From assembly GCA_041192345.1 (NCBI GenBank), contig JBEEND010000001.1, positions 87,068 to 151,067 on the forward strand: a stretch of DNA of 64,000 nucleotides. Direction: 5' to 3'. The notes below the pieces were generated by a model, which was not told where the DNA came from, did no database searches, and saw nothing but the letters and a program-made list of their open reading frames with translations. Origin of the DNA: Actinomycetota bacterium (lineage in GTDB: Bacteria; Actinomycetota; Actinomycetes; S36-B12; UBA5976). The position numbers and the translations under genes were made by a program. Every line of letters begins with the position of its first letter. Within the stretch, counting starts at the first letter, position 1. Below are positions 39,806 through 48,995 of the stretch, piece by piece.

Positions 39806-42108
39806 CAGGCACTTCCTTCTTCAGTAAAGTTCTCTTCCAGGGCAGCGCCAGTTATCCGCGCAATCGTAAATGTTCGCACTTCATTGGTTCGTACGTCGAA
39901 AGCAGTTAAGAACCCACCAGTAATTGTGAGCGGTTCAACGATTCGTTCGCTGGTCATGCCACCCTTGTCAGCGTAACCAATCCAAACTTCTTTTCCTTTT
40001 GCTAGGGCGTCATTGAGTAAAGCCAAAGTTTGCGAAGTTGTAGTTCGCGGACCATTCGTTGAAGCAGGTTTGCTGGAGTCCACACGTTCACCGGCGCGAA
40101 GGGCCTTAACGGCAGCAGCGACCAACCGGCTGGATGGACCGGTGACTGTGACTGGAGCAGGATTAACTTTCGTTGCAGTTCGCTTGGTATCTGGACGGTG
40201 TATTAACACTGTGCCCTCGGCGCTTTCGGCAACTGGGGCATAACCGCAGGAGCGCAGTTTTTCAAGGACAATGTCTGCTGGCGAAGAGCTAACCACAATG
40301 CCAGGGGCTAGCTGACGAAACCGCAAAGTTGCTAAGCGACGATCGGCCTGCACAGTTGCAACAAGTTGTTCATCATCACAGCGTAAATAGATAGAGGCAA
40401 CACCAACACGTAGCACGCCATGTTTGCGAGCTACATCCTCAATCAAATAAGTAAGTGGTTGCGGGATTGGGGTGCGGGAAAGTCCAGATAAGAAGTCCAA
40501 AATGTCATGCGCGGATTGGCCTTGATCAAGCGCGCGCCGGATTGAACTCTCAGTAAATCGATAAGTCGTTGCTGCGCCGGTTGATTCCACATCAGCAATC
40601 ACAGCCATAGTTCGGCGTTGGTTTGCTGGCAAGCGACCAGGAGCTAGAGCAGTTAAATCAGCTTGCACGATTACATGATCCACGGGCGCTGGAAGTAAGG
40701 CGCCTAAGACTTTTGTTGGATCTTTTCCTTCAGCGAGTGACTTACCAAATGAGGTAATCGCGCCGAGCGCGGTAACACCCATAGTTGCAGCTTCATCTAG
40801 CACTGCCGAAACTGCAGCAGCGCGAACCATTGAAGAGCGACGCGGGCGATGCCAATCTAAATGGTCCGTCAAAATAGCCGCGCTTGTTGTTGAGCCATCA
40901 GGTAAGCCAAGGTAAATATCGAGTAAGGAAATTCGTAGCGGATTAATAAAGCCGCGTTCAACAGCAGAGGTCAAAGCGTTGGTGCGATCAGCCCCGTCGC
41001 CACCAACTACGTGCGCAGCACGAGCCATATCGCGCCAGGATTGCGCAAGTAAAGTCCAGCGTGATGCATCATCAATGCCAAGCCATCTGTCATAAGCAGC
41101 AGTTGGTAACCAACCATCGGCAGTATCGGCGCCGAGTAATCCCGCTGCGTAAGCAACTTCGATGACTAAGGCTGTTAAGTGTTCAGAGACGCGCAACAAT
41201 TCCTTTGCCGCAGCTAAATCGCGAATCGCAAGTCCGCCGCCACGAAGTTGCGCTGGCGGCTCGATGGACCAAGTTTCCAGCAGAGTTTCTACCAATCGAA
41301 CAAAATCTAAAGCAGCGTGCGCGCCAGTGTCATTGATGCGTTTTACATCTGCGTTACCAAGTACTGGAAAGCCACGATCAGTTTTAATTTCCTTTAACAA
41401 CAAGCCATCGCGAAGTGCAAGTGAAACTTCGCGCGGTACCACAACCGAGTTGTCACTGATTGGCACTATTAGTTCTTGGGCAAGTAGCCATTCCAAAGGT
41501 GATTTAGCATCTTCAATTCGAACTGAACGATTTGCTTGGCGCATTGTTCCGGCAGGTATTGCCCACAAAAGTTGTCCCATAATTTCTCGCACATCATCGG
41601 GACCACTGGCTAATGTTTTGGCGGCAAGATTTTTCTTAGTTCCATAGTCACGAACCTTTCGGCGCGAGTCTGCAAATGAAGCAGCTAAGCCGCACGGATA
41701 GGCACCAAAAGATTCCCGCGCCACACGAACTAAATGCAATTCCTCGTCGTCACCCCAGACAAGTGCGCTAACAAGTAAACGATCGAGTGCAGCGTCAATT
41801 GCTTGCGCGTGATATCCAGTTGCCCCGGATAGTCCATCGTGCACATGAGAGCGCGCTGCTGGATCTGGCAAGGCAGCTAAAACTTCACAAACGCTTAGCT
41901 CAACATGATTAAGCGCATCAAGTGCTGAACTAACACTTGGCGAAGTGGTCGCACGAACTGCTAATTGTCCCAAGTCAGTTGGAACAGGGTGCAACAAATC
42001 TGGGCGTGTTGCGAATAAGACCTCTAATTGGGCATCAGTTCGGTGTCGCAAATCATCAGCTAAAGACCTTGGTCGAAGTTGGATTTCAGCTGTTTCAGAA
42101 GTGCGCAT
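39805..42108 (-). CDS. XPB-associated large conserved protein (helicase-associated; function unknown)
   Basis: 767-aa ORF whose TGA stop shares 1 nt with the XPB ATG (TGATG). The position matches the conserved partner gene upstream of xpb in actinobacteria, recalled from memory. The C-terminal roughly 75 aa resemble a WYL-type fold pattern. Confidence 0.6.
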   Translation of the reverse strand: MRTSETAEIQLRPRSLADDLRHRTDAQLEVLFATRPDLLHPVPTDLGQLAVRATTSPSVSSALDALNHVELSVCEVLAALPDPAARSHVHDGLSGATGYHAQAIDAALDRLLVSALVWGDDEELHLVRVARESFGAYPCGLAASFADSRRKVRDYGTKKNLAAKTLASGPDDVREIMGQLLWAIPAGTMRQANRSVRIEDAKSPLEWLLAQELIVPISDNSVVVPREVSLALRDGLLLKEIKTDRGFPVLGNADVKRINDTGAHAALDFVRLVETLLETWSIEPPAQLRGGGLAIRDLAAAKELLRVSEHLTALVIEVAYAAGLLGADTADGWLPTAAYDRWLGIDDASRWTLLAQSWRDMARAAHVVGGDGADRTNALTSAVERGFINPLRISLLDIYLGLPDGSTTSAAILTDHLDWHRPRRSSMVRAAAVSAVLDEAATMGVTALGAITSFGKSLAEGKDPTKVLGALLPAPVDHVIVQADLTALAPGRLPANQRRTMAVIADVESTGAATTYRFTESSIRRALDQGQSAHDILDFLSGLSRTPIPQPLTYLIEDVARKHGVLRVGVASIYLRCDDEQLVATVQADRRLATLRFRQLAPGIVVSSSPADIVLEKLRSCGYAPVAESAEGTVLIHRPDTKRTATKVNPAPVTVTGPSSRLVAAAVKALRAGERVDSSKPASTNGPRTTTSQTLALLNDALAKGKEVWIGYADKGGMTSERIVEPLTITGGFLTAFDVRTNEVRTFTIARITGAALEENFTEEGSA

Positions 42109-42282
42109 CTTTATACGTTACGCGCTTTTGGGTGGTTAGCGCCACTTGAGTTTTCTGAGAATCTGAAAGGTGAAATCTATCTAAATTTCCAGGTTTGGGT
42201 GGTTTAGCACTTTTCATCTAACCTTGAGTCAGGCAATCGGTTTTCGGCGGCCAAAATGATTATCCAGCGGAAGGAGAACACC

Positions 42283-42666
42283 GTGCCTACAGGCAAAGTC
42301 AAGTGGTATGACACTGAAAAAGGTTTCGGCTTTCTGCAAACGGATGAAGGCGAAGAAGTATTTTTGCACGCCTCGGCGCTCCCGGCTGGAACCCTAGCTC
42401 TTAAAAATGGCACTCGCTGCGAATTTGGTGTGGCCGATGGCAAGCGCGGAATGCAAGCACTTTCGGTGCGGGTAATCGAAGCACCACCGAGTGTGGCTAA
42501 AAGCGGCCGTAAAGATGCTGAAGATATGGCTATTGTGCTCGAAGATGTCATCAAAATGCTTGATGGGTACGCGGGCAACCTTCGTCGTGGCCGTTACCCA
42601 GATGACAAACAAACTGAGAAACTTGTTGCCGTTCTGCGTGGCGTCGCTGATCAGATTGATGCGTAG
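42283..42666 (+). CDS. csp: cold-shock-domain protein with C-terminal extension
   Basis: PTGKVKWYDTEKGFGFL (RNP1-like) and VFLHASAL (RNP2-like). The GTG start at 42283 is preceded by GGAAGGAGA. The roughly 60-aa C-terminal extension resembles long actinobacterial Csp proteins. Confidence 0.85.
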   Translation: MPTGKVKWYDTEKGFGFLQTDEGEEVFLHASALPAGTLALKNGTRCEFGVADGKRGMQALSVRVIEAPPSVAKSGRKDAEDMAIVLEDVIKMLDGYAGNLRRGRYPDDKQTEKLVAVLRGVADQIDA

Positions 42667-43668
42667 TTGAACACAGCAACTTCTTCGCTCGAGATTGCTC
42701 GAGCCGCGCTACTTGAATCTATTCCTGCCGACCATGTTGGCAAGGACTTGGACTGCGTTGTCGAGCCGTCACAAGATTCGTCAGTAACAATCACCAGCTA
42801 TACCTTTGAGTGCACTTCAGCTGGTTATCCAGGTTGGTACTGGGAAGTTAGCGTTGTTGAAATTTCTGGCCAGAGCCAGCCAACTGTTAGCGAAGTAAAT
42901 TTGTTGCCAGGTGCTGCGGCGCTTGTGCCAGCTGCGTGGAAACCATGGGCTGATCGCGTTGAAGCAGGGGACTTGGGTGTTGGCGACTTACTGCCACCAC
43001 CAGAAAATGATGAGCGCTTAACAGCAGGCTTTACCGGTCTTGGAGATTTAGAAGACATTTCTGATGACTTAGCTGCGCTGCATCCGGTGCAATGGGAACT
43101 TGGATTAGGCCGGGAAAAAGTTTTAAGCACAGTTGGCCTAGAGCGGGCCGTTAATCGTTGGTTCGAAAAACTTAATGGTCCAAAATCTGCGATGGCAAAG
43201 TCAGCTCCAGCGCATTGTGGTTCATGTGGCTTCTTAGTTGCCATTGGTGGATCAATGGGTCAAGTATTTGGTGTTTGTGGAAATGAATTTGGCGCAGCTG
43301 ATGGCCAAGTTGTGGCAACGACATTTGGTTGCGGCGCGCATTCATCTGTTCGCCAGGAACAAGCCGCGCCTATTCCAGTTGTGGACTTAGTTATTGATGA
43401 CCTGGCTGATTCCCAGAGTGATTCCAGCGACTTACCTGATTACGTTGCCGACCCTGTTGCGGACACTAGTGAATTCGACGAAGATGTTGATCTGGACGAT
43501 GCCGAGGGCGATAACGAAGATATCGCCTCAGAATTTGCTATGAAAGAAGCTGTCGAGGCAATCGAAGCCGCATCGGAATTCATGGAAATGGAAAACTTAG
43601 ACGCTGATGAAGCGGAGCAAGAAATTGCAGATTTTTATGGCGATTCAGAAAGTGACACAAAAATTTAA
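42667..43668 (+). CDS. DUF3027-family protein with Cys cluster and polyacidic tail
   Basis: The TTG start immediately follows the csp stop (TAGTTG). The pattern CGSCGFLVAIGGSMGQVFGVCGNEFGAADGQVVATTFGCGAHS is typical of DUF3027, recalled from memory. The C-terminal roughly 90 aa are very rich in D and E. Confidence 0.6.
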   Translation: MNTATSSLEIARAALLESIPADHVGKDLDCVVEPSQDSSVTITSYTFECTSAGYPGWYWEVSVVEISGQSQPTVSEVNLLPGAAALVPAAWKPWADRVEAGDLGVGDLLPPPENDERLTAGFTGLGDLEDISDDLAALHPVQWELGLGREKVLSTVGLERAVNRWFEKLNGPKSAMAKSAPAHCGSCGFLVAIGGSMGQVFGVCGNEFGAADGQVVATTFGCGAHSSVRQEQAAPIPVVDLVIDDLADSQSDSSDLPDYVADPVADTSEFDEDVDLDDAEGDNEDIASEFAMKEAVEAIEAASEFMEMENLDADEAEQEIADFYGDSESDTKI

Positions 43669-43686
43669 CTCAAGACGCAATTTTGC

Positions 43687-45822
43687 GTGTTGTATCTGAC
43701 TTTGTTTCCGCAATTTAGGCAGGCTTTAGACATGGCACTAATTGGATCTCGGCGCCTTGCCGACAAAGTCCTTGACGTAACTGTATTCATTCTTGCCACC
43801 GCAACACTTGCTTACTACTCCACGCGCTACTTCACCACCAGTGCATTGGTCGTTGCTGGCGTCTGGGTGGTATTTGCTTTACTGCTATTCATTTTGATCA
43901 GGCGCTTTACCGAAGTTGGGTTCTATGGCGAACCAGTTCCCGCGCCTTATTTAACTAGCGATCCGAGCCGGTATCGCAACAATGTCTTGGCTCGAAACGT
44001 AACTTGGGCTGGTTTGCTTGCAGCCACAATTGCCTATCTATACATCGGAAATAGACTTCCGAGTTTAAGTCCCTCCCAATGGGCTTTAATAATCCTGATC
44101 TTGGTGGCCATTGGTTCGGTAGTTGCCTTCAGATTGGCAAAAGCTCAAGTTGAAGTTGCAGCAGATTACAAAACTTTCCATTGGTTTGCTTGGTTAATCG
44201 CAGCAGGCATGGCATTAGTTGCTTCCGCAACTTTGCGACCACAAAGTGATGACACAAATTATGTAAATATTTCAACTTGGATTGCCGAGCGCGGCACGAT
44301 TTCGATTCGCGACACAGTTTACAGCAATGAATTTTTTGACACTAAGCCATTGGGTTCTGCCTGGGAATCAATGTGGGGAGTATTTGCATACGTTACCAAC
44401 ATGTCGGCGCCAACTCTGCTTTATGTGATCGCAGTTCCAATCTTGACTGCGATAAGTATTTTTGCTTTGGACCGAGGTATGCGATCGATGCATGTTCGCC
44501 ATACCAATTTCGCATTAATAATCGTGAGCTTATTCCTGATATTAGATGGCGAAAACATTTTCTCGTTTGGAGTTTTCCATGGACCGCGAATCTGGCAAGG
44601 AAAAGCTTTTTTTGTCTCTGCCATGATTCCACTGCTCATTGGCGCAGGAATCGTATGGGCTAGATCTGGAAGACGAAATGATCTGATTCGTTTTCTATTA
44701 GTTGCAATTGGTGCAACGGGTCTGACAACGACAGCAACCATGTTGATTCCAATGTTCACTTTGGTAATCGCGGGCGTTGTGGGCTACCAGCGGGGGATTA
44801 AAGATGCTGGTTGGACCTCACTTGCCATGTTGGCGCCACTTTATGTTGGCCTAGCTTTCCGAGGCACTCGTAGCGAAGACAGTAATGCCATGGGACATTT
44901 GGCTTCCGACACATTAGCTTTTGCGCAGCCAGCAACAATACTTTCTGGGCAAAGCGCGCTGCCAGATCCAAATGAATTTGTGCGCTTAATGGCCGAGCCA
45001 CAACTTCACGCGGCACTGTTTGCATTAGTAATGTGCTGGGGATGGTTAGGCAGCGAATCGCGAACTGCTCGCCGGGTAATTGCTGGATTGAGCTTGGTGT
45101 GGGCAATCGTTTATGTGCCACCAGTGCTAGCTGTAATTGAAGAAGTAACTGGGGTCGCGCAAGTATCTTGGCGTTTTTGGTGGCTGCTACCAATTCCAAT
45201 GTTGCTCGGCGCGGCTGCATCAGCTTGCGCCGCAGGCTTGATTCGAATCACCAGTATTAATCACCACAAAAATTTGACTCTAGGTTTGGCAACTGCGCTG
45301 TTGCTTGCGTTCATTGTGATCCCAGGCAAGCCAGTCTGGCTTTCTAGTTTGGGTCAAGTAAATCAGCAGGGCGCAAGATTGATGTGGCCACCAGGTTGGA
45401 AAGTTTTCGGTGGCTACTACGAAGCGATGGAGATCTTGGATGTCATTGCTAAAGATGGCGACATTGTTGCTGCTCGCCAAAACATCGAATTCTCCATGGC
45501 TGCGACAACAGTTCGAATCCATCCAGTGTTGCCGAAAGTTTACTGGTTCCCTGAGGTCACTGGACCAGTTGGACAAGCACAGTATCTAGATCGCATTACG
45601 ATTCACCAATTCACCTCGAGGAATCAAGATCCGTTTCTTCCCCCGCTAGATCTAAAGGTTTTACCTGGTGCGTTAAAGCGAGTCGGCGTTGACGTTGTTT
45701 GCTTAGATGCAGATCGACTGGATGCTATTAAATTAGTAAAAACTTTTGGTTACACCCAAGGCGCGCAAGTTGTTAAGTATGTATCTGGCCGTGGGCAATG
45801 GTGCGCTCGAATTTCTAAGTAG
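43687..45822 (+). CDS. large polytopic membrane protein of unknown function (possibly GT-C-like)
   Basis: 711-aa ORF with many hydrophobic helices and a soluble C-terminal domain of about 170 aa. The likely start is MALIGS at 43732. I recognise no catalytic motif. Confidence 0.45.
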   Translation: MLYLTLFPQFRQALDMALIGSRRLADKVLDVTVFILATATLAYYSTRYFTTSALVVAGVWVVFALLLFILIRRFTEVGFYGEPVPAPYLTSDPSRYRNNVLARNVTWAGLLAATIAYLYIGNRLPSLSPSQWALIILILVAIGSVVAFRLAKAQVEVAADYKTFHWFAWLIAAGMALVASATLRPQSDDTNYVNISTWIAERGTISIRDTVYSNEFFDTKPLGSAWESMWGVFAYVTNMSAPTLLYVIAVPILTAISIFALDRGMRSMHVRHTNFALIIVSLFLILDGENIFSFGVFHGPRIWQGKAFFVSAMIPLLIGAGIVWARSGRRNDLIRFLLVAIGATGLTTTATMLIPMFTLVIAGVVGYQRGIKDAGWTSLAMLAPLYVGLAFRGTRSEDSNAMGHLASDTLAFAQPATILSGQSALPDPNEFVRLMAEPQLHAALFALVMCWGWLGSESRTARRVIAGLSLVWAIVYVPPVLAVIEEVTGVAQVSWRFWWLLPIPMLLGAAASACAAGLIRITSINHHKNLTLGLATALLLAFIVIPGKPVWLSSLGQVNQQGARLMWPPGWKVFGGYYEAMEILDVIAKDGDIVAARQNIEFSMAATTVRIHPVLPKVYWFPEVTGPVGQAQYLDRITIHQFTSRNQDPFLPPLDLKVLPGALKRVGVDVVCLDADRLDAIKLVKTFGYTQGAQVVKYVSGRGQWCARISK

Positions 45823-46102
45823 AGCTGGCCTTAGCAATTCGCGCAGCCCGGCGACGTGTGTAGCGGATCCCAAGTAGTCCCAGTAAGACTCCGCAAGCAC
45901 AGATCCAGATCCAGTTTTCTCGACCTGAGGCTTCAAGTTGGTCGCGCATCAGCACCATGATCACGGTTGCCACAGTCCAGATAATTGTGCCCACTGTTAC
46001 TGCTGTGATTCCATTTATCTCAAGTGGCTCAAGAGTAAGTTTTCTCGCAGCGCTACTGGCTTCTTTGCCTGATTCGCTCAGAGAGTCTGCGTGGTTACTC
46101 AC
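45815..46102 (-). CDS. small membrane protein, DUF2530-like
   Basis: 95 aa with two TM helices and a basic C-terminus (YTRRRAARIAK). The 3' end overlaps the convergent upstream gene by 8 nt. Confidence 0.5.
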   Translation of the reverse strand: MSNHADSLSESGKEASSAARKLTLEPLEINGITAVTVGTIIWTVATVIMVLMRDQLEASGRENWIWICACGVLLGLLGIRYTRRRAARIAKASST

Positions 46103-46125
46103 AGGTAGAACACTAGCGTGTCGTT

Positions 46126-47601
46126 ATGGAAACCACCACAAAAACAACTGGTACTTCGGCATGGGATCGCTATTTCCACATGTCCGAACGCGGATCTAAC
46201 CTCGGGACTGAAGTGCGCGGCGGTGTTGTCACTTTCGTGACAATGGCCTACATCGTTGTACTTAATCCTCTCATCGTCGGCACTGCCAAAGACATCAATG
46301 GAAATTTTCCGGGTGGTGGCCAAGACATCGGCACGTCAATTGCGTTAGTAGCTGCTGCTACTGCGTTGGTTGCTGGCATCATGACAATTTTCATGGGTGT
46401 ATACGGTCGTTTCCCAGTAGCAATTGCTGCGGGTCTTGGACTTAACGGATTCTTGGCTTTTGGCCTAGCTCCTTTCATGACATGGCCACAAGCATTCGGC
46501 TTAGTCGTTATCGAAGGCTTTATAGTTTTGCTTTTGGTACTCACCGGCTTTCGTACTGCAGTATTTCACGCAGTGCCAGATTCACTTAAGTACTCAATCG
46601 GCGCAGGCATCGGCCTATTTATTGCATTGATTGGATTGGTAGATGCTGGCGTAGTTCGTCCAGGTGTTCCACTAATTTCCTTTGCAGTATTTGGCGAGCT
46701 TGCTGGTTGGCCAATCTTCACATTCGTATTTGGTCTGATGCTGATGATCATTTTGATCGCACTTCGTAAGCGTGCTGCCATCTTGATTGGTTTGCTAGTT
46801 ACAACTGTTATTGCAGTAGTACTTGAATCAACCCAAAAAATCGGCGGAGCAAATACTGATCCAAGCTTGCCGGGTCTAGAGAACCCAACAGGTTGGGGAC
46901 TAACTGTCCCAGCAATTCCAGATACGATCATTGGCTTTGTGGATCCAAGTCCGCTGTTTAAACTTGATCTCTTTGGGGCATTCGGCGCGATTGGCGCATT
47001 AGCCGCAGGTCTTGCAGTGTTCTCACTGTTGCTCAGCGACTTCTTCGACACCATTGGAACCGTTACTGGTCTTGCTACCGAAGCAGATCTAATGACCGCT
47101 GATGGTGAAGTTGACCACTTAGGACCAATCCTTGTAGTTGACTCCATTGCTGCGATGGCAGGCGGCCTGGCTGGAACTTCATCCAACACCGCTTATATCG
47201 AATCAGCTTCGGGAATCGGTGATGGCGCTCGCACTGGTATCGCCAGCTTGGTAACTGGATCCTTGTTCTTGCTGGCAATGTTTATTGCACCGCTGACAAA
47301 GATTGTTCCTTACGAAGCAGCAGCTCCAGCGTTGGTGATTGTTGGATTCTTGATGATGACGCAAATTCGTCACATTCCATTTGATGATTATGCAATTGCG
47401 ATTCCATCGTTCTTGACGATCATCTTGATGCCATTCACTTACTCGATCACCAACGGTATTGGCGCAGGTATGGTTTCCTACGTTGCTATCAAGATCGCCC
47501 AAGGTAAGTCAAAGGAGATTTCCGGATTGCTATGGATTATTGCCGCAGCATTCGTAATTTACTTTGGCGTGCATCCGCTAAAGGAACTCTTTGGCATGTA
47601 G
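46126..47601 (+). CDS. NCS2 family purine (adenine/guanine/hypoxanthine) permease, AzgA/PurP-like
   Basis: 491 aa. N-terminus FHMSERGSNLGTEVRGGVVTFVTMAYIVVLNP and the later TSSNTAYIESASGI are typical of AzgA-type permeases. Confidence 0.85.
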   Translation: METTTKTTGTSAWDRYFHMSERGSNLGTEVRGGVVTFVTMAYIVVLNPLIVGTAKDINGNFPGGGQDIGTSIALVAAATALVAGIMTIFMGVYGRFPVAIAAGLGLNGFLAFGLAPFMTWPQAFGLVVIEGFIVLLLVLTGFRTAVFHAVPDSLKYSIGAGIGLFIALIGLVDAGVVRPGVPLISFAVFGELAGWPIFTFVFGLMLMIILIALRKRAAILIGLLVTTVIAVVLESTQKIGGANTDPSLPGLENPTGWGLTVPAIPDTIIGFVDPSPLFKLDLFGAFGAIGALAAGLAVFSLLLSDFFDTIGTVTGLATEADLMTADGEVDHLGPILVVDSIAAMAGGLAGTSSNTAYIESASGIGDGARTGIASLVTGSLFLLAMFIAPLTKIVPYEAAAPALVIVGFLMMTQIRHIPFDDYAIAIPSFLTIILMPFTYSITNGIGAGMVSYVAIKIAQGKSKEISGLLWIIAAAFVIYFGVHPLKELFGM

Positions 47602-47617
47602 GTAACACCTAATCTTT

Positions 47618-47646
47618 GGGGCGTACTGTGAAAAGCGGTGCGCCCC
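47618..47646 (+). terminator. stem-loop terminator after the purine permease gene
   Basis: GGGGCGTACTGT-GAAAA-GCGGTGCGCCCC forms a 12-bp stem (three G-U pairs) with a 5-nt loop. The downstream U-tract is poor. Confidence 0.5.
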
Positions 47647-47690
47647 ATTGCTGTGTCCAAGAGCATTTAGTTATGCCTTATCGTTGAGTT

Positions 47691-47783
47691 ATGAATTCCC
47701 GCACGCGCCGCATCACAACGATCGTGGTCTTAGCCAGTTTTTTTATTGCAGTTGTGGCAGCTGCAGTTGCTCCTCTGGTGTAA
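47691..47783 (+). CDS. possible 30-aa small membrane peptide
   Basis: My translation is MNSRTRRITTIVVLASFFIAVVAAAVAPLV, a basic N-terminus followed by one hydrophobic helix. It lies in an otherwise empty 202-bp gap between convergent genes. No convincing RBS. Confidence 0.25.
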   Translation: MNSRTRRITTIVVLASFFIAVVAAAVAPLV

Positions 47784-47803
47784 CTAGTTGGTTCGACAGC
47801 TCT

Positions 47804-48973
47804 TTAATGTGAAGTTTCAACTGGTCGAAGCATTGCGATCGAAATTGCAAGTGCTAAACAAATTGGAACGATCACATACGCGCCCTGAATGCCAATTTGA
47901 TCAGCAAGAGTTCCAAGGGCAAAGGGCGCAACACCGCTAGCAAACCCAGTACCAATTGATAGCTTGCCGCCGCCGCGATCTGCTCGACCACCACTAGCGC
48001 GAAGTGCTCGCTCAAACCCAAATGGAAAATGCAGTGACATCCCAAGACCAGTTATTGTCAACGAAATCAACATGATCAGGCCAGAACTTGAAAGCCAGAA
48101 TCCGAGGAAGCCAAAGAACGAAAGAATCAGCGCCCCACGATACAAAAACTCAGAATCAAACTTTGAAGTTAACCGCGCGCCAACCAAACGCCCAACTGAC
48201 ATGCCACCAACTATTGTGGCAAGAGCTGCGGCGCTTGCGCCTTTTGTCAACCCACCTTGGGTAGACAAAACTTCAGGTGCCCAGAGCAACATTGAAAATT
48301 CCATGCTGGCTGTAAAAACCAGAATCAACCAAGACCACCAGAAGAGACTTGGGAATGGGCCGGGCACGTCATGATGATCAGACTCTTCATCTGCCACAGC
48401 TTTTGGCCCATAAGCATCGGTGTGCTTGCCGCGAATTATTTCGATAATGATTACGCCTACTGCAGCAACTTGTATTCCTGGCCGCCAACCAAATCCAACT
48501 GTGACCCCAATACCAACTAATACCGGTGCCAGCAATCCAATGGAAGAAGCAATGGCATGCAGTTCACTGATCGCAGCTGGCGCTGCTTGCTTTTGTTGAT
48601 AAGCCAAGTAAGAGGCTGTGCCCTGAATGATTAGGGAGCCGGCGCAAGTTGTGAACGCAACACCGATCAAAGTAAATGGTAACGATTTGCCGAGCGTGAA
48701 AAACAAAATTCCAGTAGCAAGCAAAATCGAAGCGTAGCGAAGCATTAAGCCTCGACCCGTTCGCTTGATGATCGCGCCAGTTGCCAGCCCTGCTGTTACT
48801 GAACCCACCGACATGGCGAGTGAGTGGAATGAAACGACAGTGCGCGAAAGGTCTAAGTCTTCACGCAGAAATTGCAACGCTCCGCCGAATCCAAAAATAA
48901 ACCAACCAAAGCAAGTTGCTTGTAGGTATGAGATCCAGGTGGTTTTATCTCGAACTGGTCGGCGTAAGGTCAC
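47804..48973 (-). CDS. MFS transporter
   Basis: 389 aa with about 12 hydrophobic helices and an MFS-like loop motif (IIKRTGRG). Confidence 0.75.
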   Translation of the reverse strand: MTLRRPVRDKTTWISYLQATCFGWFIFGFGGALQFLREDLDLSRTVVSFHSLAMSVGSVTAGLATGAIIKRTGRGLMLRYASILLATGILFFTLGKSLPFTLIGVAFTTCAGSLIIQGTASYLAYQQKQAAPAAISELHAIASSIGLLAPVLVGIGVTVGFGWRPGIQVAAVGVIIIEIIRGKHTDAYGPKAVADEESDHHDVPGPFPSLFWWSWLILVFTASMEFSMLLWAPEVLSTQGGLTKGASAAALATIVGGMSVGRLVGARLTSKFDSEFLYRGALILSFFGFLGFWLSSSGLIMLISLTITGLGMSLHFPFGFERALRASGGRADRGGGKLSIGTGFASGVAPFALGTLADQIGIQGAYVIVPICLALAISIAMLRPVETSH

Positions 48974-48995
48974 TGACTAACTGTACTTAAGTGGA

